Assembly (NCBI GenBank): GCA_016186625.1
Contig: JACPLG010000008.1
Span: 16,071 to 80,070, forward strand
Length of the DNA stretch: 64,000 nt
Direction: 5' to 3'
From: Candidatus Levyibacteriota bacterium
GTDB taxonomy: Bacteria; Patescibacteriota; Microgenomatia; Levybacterales; UBA12049
In this document: positions 59,167-64,000 of the stretch, piece by piece
How the letters are laid out: each line of letters begins with the position of its first letter
Numbering within the stretch: the stretch's first letter is position 1
Made by a program: the position numbers and the translations under genes
The notes under the pieces: generated by a model
Told to the model about the DNA's origin: nothing
Databases searched by the model: none
The model's input: the letters and a program-made list of their open reading frames with translations, nothing else

Positions 59167-61215
59167 TTAATCTGGAGAAATTTCTTTAACAGTTATTTCT
59201 TCAATTTTTTGTTTGAGTTTTGGGTATTTAGTTAATTTACTGCCGATTGCCTCCGCTTCTTTTTTTGTTTGTTTAATCAAATTAAGATCCGAGAAGCTGG
59301 CAATTTTAAGTAGGTTTCTGCCGGATTGCGCTGTTCCATAGATTTCTCCAGGACCTCTTATTTTTAGGTCCAACTCTGCAAGTTCTGCTCCAAAGTTGGT
59401 TTTCTCCATAGCTTTAAGCCTTGTATTTGTTTGCGGACTTCCTGTTTCGGTAAATAACAGGCAGTATGCCTGCCTCTCACTTCTTCCAACCCTTCCTCTT
59501 AGTTGGTGTAATTGAGAAAGCCCAAATCTCTCCGATGCTTCAATCAGAATTATGTCTGCGTTTGGAATGTCTATTCCTACTTCAACTACGGGAGTGGCTA
59601 CAAGAATATCAAATTTTTTATTTTTGAATTCAGAAAGTACTCGTTCTTTTTCCTTTGATTTTAATTTACCGTGAAGAAGGGCTAATTTATAATTTTTGAA
59701 CACATTTTTTTTGAGATTTTCGAATTCTTTTGTTGCAGCTTTAACTGTAACTATAGATTCAGACTCCTCAATAAAAGGACAAATTATAAATACCTGACTC
59801 CCCTTTTCTTTGATTTGTTTTTTAATCCATTCGTAAGCACCATTTCGTTTAGCCGAAGGAACAAGCCAGGTTTTTATTATACGTCTTCCTTTCGGCATCT
59901 CATCTAAAATTGAAAGATCCAGATCGCCATACATGGTAAGAGCAATAGTTCTTGGGATTGGAGTTGCAGTCATAGTCAAGACATGGGGATTATCCCCTTT
60001 TTTCCTAAGGATTGATCTTTGTTCCACGCCGAATCTTTGTTGTTCATCAATTACCACTAAGCCAAGTTTTTCAAAATTTACGCCTTTGTGAATCACGGCA
60101 TGAGTACCAATCAGAATATCAAATTTCCAATTCGGGTACCCTTTGGGTGTTTCCAATTTCCAATTTTTTTTGCTTGAGCTGGTTCTAAGTTCGACTCTCA
60201 AGCCGAACGATTCAAGCAAGCTTGAGATAGTTTTAAAGTGTTGTTGAGCTAGAATCTCTGTTGGTGCCATCAAAACCGATTGGAATCCATTCAGATAAGC
60301 TAGATACATTGCTGCGGCTGCTACCACTGTTTTCCCGCTTCCCACATCTCCTTCTAAAAGCCTATTCATTGGTTTTTCCATTGAAAAATCAGTGAAAATT
60401 TCACTAATTGCCTTTTTTTGGGCACTTGTTAACTCAAAAGGAAGTCTTTTGATAAATTCATGAATTTGCCCATTGTATTTTTTAATATCAAAAACAAAGC
60501 CTATTAGATTTTTTTCCCACTCACCTCTTCTCTTAAGAGAAGAAAGTTGCATCAAAAATAACTCGTCAAATGACAATCTTTTCTTTGCCACTTCTGCTTC
60601 TTCCAAAGAGAGGGGAAAATGAATTTTGTAAATCGCATCAAATAAATTTTGAAGCCCATTTCGGTTTAAAATATCGCTTGGCAGGTATTCTTCGATTTCC
60701 TTTTGGTTTTCTTTTAACAACCGAAAAACTTGCCGGCGGATCCACTTTGAAGAAACACCGCGGGTTTCGGGATAGATTGGGACAAGACGCCCGGTATGAA
60801 TAAACTCGTCTTCACCTAGCTCAAAGTCAGGATTTGAAATCTGGAGTCGACTTCCCTTCTTCTCAATTTTTCCTGAGAGAGAAACTTTGTCACCTTGATT
60901 TATGCTTTTAACAATGTATGGCTGGTTAAACCAGACAACATCAATTACTCCGCTTTGGTCTTTTATTTTAGCTTTTTGAATGACAAAATACCTTCTCGTA
61001 TACTCATTTTTGATTTCCAAAACTTTCCCTCGAATTGTCACAACTTCCCCCGGCTGGACTTGAGAAATTTTTGAAATTAAAGCGTAGTCCTCATACCTAA
61101 AAGGAACGTGGTACAAAAAATCCCCTAGTCTTACTATTCCAAGTTTTTCTAAAGAGGAAGCGTATCTTTTATAAACACCACCCAGTGTTTGGATCTTTAT
61201 TGTGAGAGTTGGCAT
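59167..61215 (-). CDS. recG: ATP-dependent DNA helicase RecG
   Basis: Wedge domain, Walker A GDVGSGKT, DEQQRFG motif II, and TATPIPRT. Confidence 0.9.
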   Translation of the reverse strand: MPTLTIKIQTLGGVYKRYASSLEKLGIVRLGDFLYHVPFRYEDYALISKISQVQPGEVVTIRGKVLEIKNEYTRRYFVIQKAKIKDQSGVIDVVWFNQPYIVKSINQGDKVSLSGKIEKKGSRLQISNPDFELGEDEFIHTGRLVPIYPETRGVSSKWIRRQVFRLLKENQKEIEEYLPSDILNRNGLQNLFDAIYKIHFPLSLEEAEVAKKRLSFDELFLMQLSSLKRRGEWEKNLIGFVFDIKKYNGQIHEFIKRLPFELTSAQKKAISEIFTDFSMEKPMNRLLEGDVGSGKTVVAAAAMYLAYLNGFQSVLMAPTEILAQQHFKTISSLLESFGLRVELRTSSSKKNWKLETPKGYPNWKFDILIGTHAVIHKGVNFEKLGLVVIDEQQRFGVEQRSILRKKGDNPHVLTMTATPIPRTIALTMYGDLDLSILDEMPKGRRIIKTWLVPSAKRNGAYEWIKKQIKEKGSQVFIICPFIEESESIVTVKAATKEFENLKKNVFKNYKLALLHGKLKSKEKERVLSEFKNKKFDILVATPVVEVGIDIPNADIILIEASERFGLSQLHQLRGRVGRSERQAYCLLFTETGSPQTNTRLKAMEKTNFGAELAELDLKIRGPGEIYGTAQSGRNLLKIASFSDLNLIKQTKKEAEAIGSKLTKYPKLKQKIEEITVKEISPD

Positions 61216-61409
61216 TTTAGTTTAATAAACTAAAAATGGCAGGACTGTTGTAGCAATAAGCGAAAAAGCTATTAATCCAAAAATAATGATGAAAATTATC
61301 CTGTGTTTTTTGCTAAGGTTATACATTATTGTTTGATTGTCATTCTGAACGCAGTGAAGAATCTTTTCAGTTTGTCGTGGGATCCTTCGTTTCACTCAGG
61401 ATGACGTTA

Positions 61410-62615
61410 TCACGTCACATTTAATTTTACCACTTTTTTCCCAACCGACAAAATTAAGTCTTCTCCAGAATTTGCGGCAAAACCTTCACCAAGCTTTATT
61501 CCCGTTCCATTAAGTGAAACTCCATTTTGATCAAATAATCTTTTCGCATCCGATTTTGAACTCGCCAGCCCGTGTTCAACCAAAAAGTCATCATCGATTA
61601 CACCATCTTCGTTTACAGTAATTTCTGCAACTTTTTCCGGCAACTCTCCTTTCTGAACCACTCTTTCAAATTCTTTTTCTGCTTTTTTAGCATCTCCTTC
61701 CGAGTGAAGTTCGGAAACTATCGCAGTGGCTAACCTCTTCTTAATATTCAGCGGATTTTGTTCTATTTCTTCTTCTGTTGGAATTTTATCAATAGGTGTA
61801 TTTGTTGCAAGATTAAAGTAATTTAATATTTGGTCATCATTTATTGCCATTATTTTTCTGAACATTTCAAACGGTGTGTCATCAAGCCAGATTGCATTTC
61901 CCCAACTTTTACTCATTTTTCTTCCATCCGTTCCCATAAGAAATTCGGTTGCCAAAATGAAAGATTCTTTATTTCGAAGTTTTCTTTGAAGTATTCTTCC
62001 GGCCTGCATATTAAAGGTTTGGTCTGTGCCACCAATTTGTAGATCTGTATCCATAAAATAACTATCATAACCCTGCATGATCGGATATTCTGTTTCGTCA
62101 AGTCTTATGCTTTTTCCATCCTCCAAACGTTTTTTAATTAATTCCCGGCTTATAAAATCATTTAGTGAGAATTGTTGTTTTAACTTAAAAACATCTGCGT
62201 AGGTTAATTTAGAAAGCCACTCACTGTTGTAGCGGATATTAACTTTTGAAAAATTCAATAACTTCTGCGCCTGTGATTTATACGTCTTAAAATTTTCCTC
62301 GATTTCCTCTTTTGTTAAGATGGGTCTCTCAGAGTCCTTGTCTGAGGTATCTCCAACAAGCGCAGTAAAATCACCAATCAGAAAAGTAACATTATGTCCA
62401 AGATCTGCAAATCTTTGGAGTTTGCGAAGCGGAACTGCGTGTCCAAGGTGGATTTTAATAGCTGTTGGGTCAATCCCTAAATATACATTTAACTTTTCAC
62501 CAGATTTCAACTTTTCCTCGAGCCTGTTTTTGCTAGGGATAATATTTGCAACAGCCCGTGTCAAAAGCTCTTCAATTTGATCCATATGGCTTCGAGTATA
62601 GCATAAAAAACGCAA
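61410..62615 (-). CDS. tyrS: Tyrosine--tRNA ligase
   Basis: HLGHAVPL (HIGH), KMSKS, and a C-terminal S4-like domain. Confidence 0.9.
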   Translation of the reverse strand: MRFLCYTRSHMDQIEELLTRAVANIIPSKNRLEEKLKSGEKLNVYLGIDPTAIKIHLGHAVPLRKLQRFADLGHNVTFLIGDFTALVGDTSDKDSERPILTKEEIEENFKTYKSQAQKLLNFSKVNIRYNSEWLSKLTYADVFKLKQQFSLNDFISRELIKKRLEDGKSIRLDETEYPIMQGYDSYFMDTDLQIGGTDQTFNMQAGRILQRKLRNKESFILATEFLMGTDGRKMSKSWGNAIWLDDTPFEMFRKIMAINDDQILNYFNLATNTPIDKIPTEEEIEQNPLNIKKRLATAIVSELHSEGDAKKAEKEFERVVQKGELPEKVAEITVNEDGVIDDDFLVEHGLASSKSDAKRLFDQNGVSLNGTGIKLGEGFAANSGEDLILSVGKKVVKLNVT

Positions 62616-62640
62616 AGTTTGGTATAATTATCTCTACAAA

Positions 62641-64000
62641 ATGGTTGACTATGGCTTTCGTTCGAGAAAGCGTCGAACAAGAATCAGGGCAAGACGAATA
62701 CCAAGAATTGATAGCAAAATTTTCCTCTACTCCAAGCTTTCCCGCTGGGCCCTGTTTGGTTTAATTGGCGGCGTATTTCTTATATTCGGGATGTTTCTCT
62801 GGTTCAGCCGTGATCTTCCTGAGCCGGGAAAATTAATTGAAGCCCAAGTTGAAAATTCCACAAGGATTTACGACAGAAATGATATCCCTCTTTATTCTGT
62901 ATATGAGGATGTTAACAGAACTTATGTGACTCTTGATGAAATTCCAAAAATACTTCAGGAAGCAACAATTGCAATTGAGGACAAAGATTTTTATGAAAAC
63001 GAAGGTTTTTCCATAACAGGATACATCCGAGGACTTCTAATTGACCCGATTTTAAGACGCCGAATTAGCGGAGGCTCAACAATTACCCAACAGCTTGTTA
63101 AAAATGTACTTTTGACTTCTGAGCGATCAATTCCCCGCAAGATAAAAGAACTGGTGCTGGCAATACAAGTCGATAAAAGATATTCAAAGGATGAAATATT
63201 AGAAATGTATCTTAACGATGTTCCGTACGGAGGAACAGCTATAGGCGTTGAAGCAGCAGCAGAAACATATTTTGGGAAAAAGGTAGAAGAGCTAAACCTT
63301 GCAGAGTCGGCTCTTCTTGCCGGTCTTCCGCAAAGTCCAAGTCTCTACTCCCCGTTTGCCGGGAATAAATATTACACTGGAAGAACACAGCAGGTTCTTA
63401 AGAACATGCGTGAAGAAGATTATATTACCAAAGATGAAGAAAAACGTGCGCTTGAAGAAGTAAAAAAGATGAAATTTTCCCAAAGAGATTCCTTATCAAT
63501 GAAAGCTCCCCATTTTGTCATCTATGTTAAGCAAATCTTAGCTTCACAGTTTGGTGAAGCCGCGGTTGAGACCGGAGGACTTGCGGTAAAAACGACTCTT
63601 GATTACGAGCTTCAAAAAAAAGCGCAAGATATTGTAGCGGAGGAAGTTGAAAAACTTAAAGGCTTTAGGGTTGGAAATGGAGCCGCAGTTGTTCAGGATC
63701 CTAAGACCGGCGAAATTCTAGCAATGGTGGGAAGTAAAGATTATTTTGATACCGATGCTGATGGAAATTTTAATGTAGCACTCGCAAACCGCCAGCCCGG
63801 GTCGTCTCTTAAGCCTGTTATGTACGCAACAGCTTTTGAGAAAGGATACAGCCCCTCAACGCTTATTATGGATGTTAGAACAGACTTTCCTACAAATGAG
63901 GAGGCAAAACCAATTTATACCCCGGTAAATTATGATGGAAAATTTAGGGGGCCGGTGCAGCTTAGGTTTGCTCTTGGGAATTCTTTAAATATCCCCGCAG
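62641..64000 (+). CDS. Penicillin-binding protein 1A-like bifunctional transglycosylase/transpeptidase (5' partial; continues beyond the window)
   Basis: TM anchor, then GT51 motifs EDKDFYENEGF, GGSTITQQLVKN and RKIKELVLAIQVDKRYSKDEILEMYLN. An extended -10 TGGTATAAT lies 12 nt upstream of the ATG. Confidence 0.85.
   Translation, partial: MVDYGFRSRKRRTRIRARRIPRIDSKIFLYSKLSRWALFGLIGGVFLIFGMFLWFSRDLPEPGKLIEAQVENSTRIYDRNDIPLYSVYEDVNRTYVTLDEIPKILQEATIAIEDKDFYENEGFSITGYIRGLLIDPILRRRISGGSTITQQLVKNVLLTSERSIPRKIKELVLAIQVDKRYSKDEILEMYLNDVPYGGTAIGVEAAAETYFGKKVEELNLAESALLAGLPQSPSLYSPFAGNKYYTGRTQQVLKNMREEDYITKDEEKRALEEVKKMKFSQRDSLSMKAPHFVIYVKQILASQFGEAAVETGGLAVKTTLDYELQKKAQDIVAEEVEKLKGFRVGNGAAVVQDPKTGEILAMVGSKDYFDTDADGNFNVALANRQPGSSLKPVMYATAFEKGYSPSTLIMDVRTDFPTNEEAKPIYTPVNYDGKFRGPVQLRFALGNSLNIPA

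Overview
This 64-kb window is low-GC and gene-dense, with short, often overlapping genes and many housekeeping loci. That fits a reduced genome of the Candidate Phyla Radiation (Patescibacteria) kind. The lineage assignment is inferred from composition and gene content and is not verified.

The core content is housekeeping. It includes prfA (RF1), rpmE, hisS, dnaB, pepA, efp, yebC, folD, gyrA, gyrB, hppA, trmD, rpsP, rnc, nusB, rpmF, recG, tyrS and a partial PBP1A-like gene. There is one tRNA-Leu(CAA). A complete type IV pilus cluster runs from 45.8 to 56.7 kb (pilB, pilT, pilC, pilD, pilM, pilN, pilO and at least five prepilin-like genes).

The most unusual structure is an accessory island at about 24.1–35.9 kb. 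It starts with a 1-kb non-coding junction that contains tandem 7-mers and an 18-bp duplication. Next comes a roughly 6.8-kb array of same-strand small 'cassette' genes. These include two Phd/YefM–RelE/ParE pairs, two P-loop kinases, an F420-type oxidoreductase, an alpha/beta hydrolase, an Mrr-like nuclease domain protein, a DUF4242 protein and several hypotheticals. Almost every cassette gene is preceded by the same 19-nt module, which on the minus strand reads CTTCTGCTATAATTGCCCC followed directly by ATG. The module is an extended -10 promoter (TGnTATAAT) placed so that the transcripts would be leaderless. It occurs about 12 times. The array is bracketed by two roughly 105-bp direct repeats, each carrying a hairpin and a conserved 27-codon ORF. 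An S8 subtilase and a divergently oriented Xer-like tyrosine recombinase lie to the right. I read this as a candidate novel promoter-cassette (integron-like) variable region. The recombinase is not of the IntI type and no attC-like sites are seen.

Second, a canonical T-box riboswitch lies at 8631–8957 on the minus strand. It has the AGGUGGUACCGCG motif, a terminator, and a Stem I with a K-turn, an AGUA/GAA specifier loop and a candidate UUA or AUU specifier. It controls an unrecognised 259-aa protein followed by an Asp/Glu-racemase-family gene.

Other points are an apparent +1 frameshift in gyrB and a diverged duplicate of the hisS 5' end that forms a 17-codon uORF coupled to a NYN-domain gene. 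There are also a candidate promoter-to-terminator sRNA, several dispersed palindromic or short tandem motifs, and a GC-rich Pro/Thr-rich ORF next to the tRNA.
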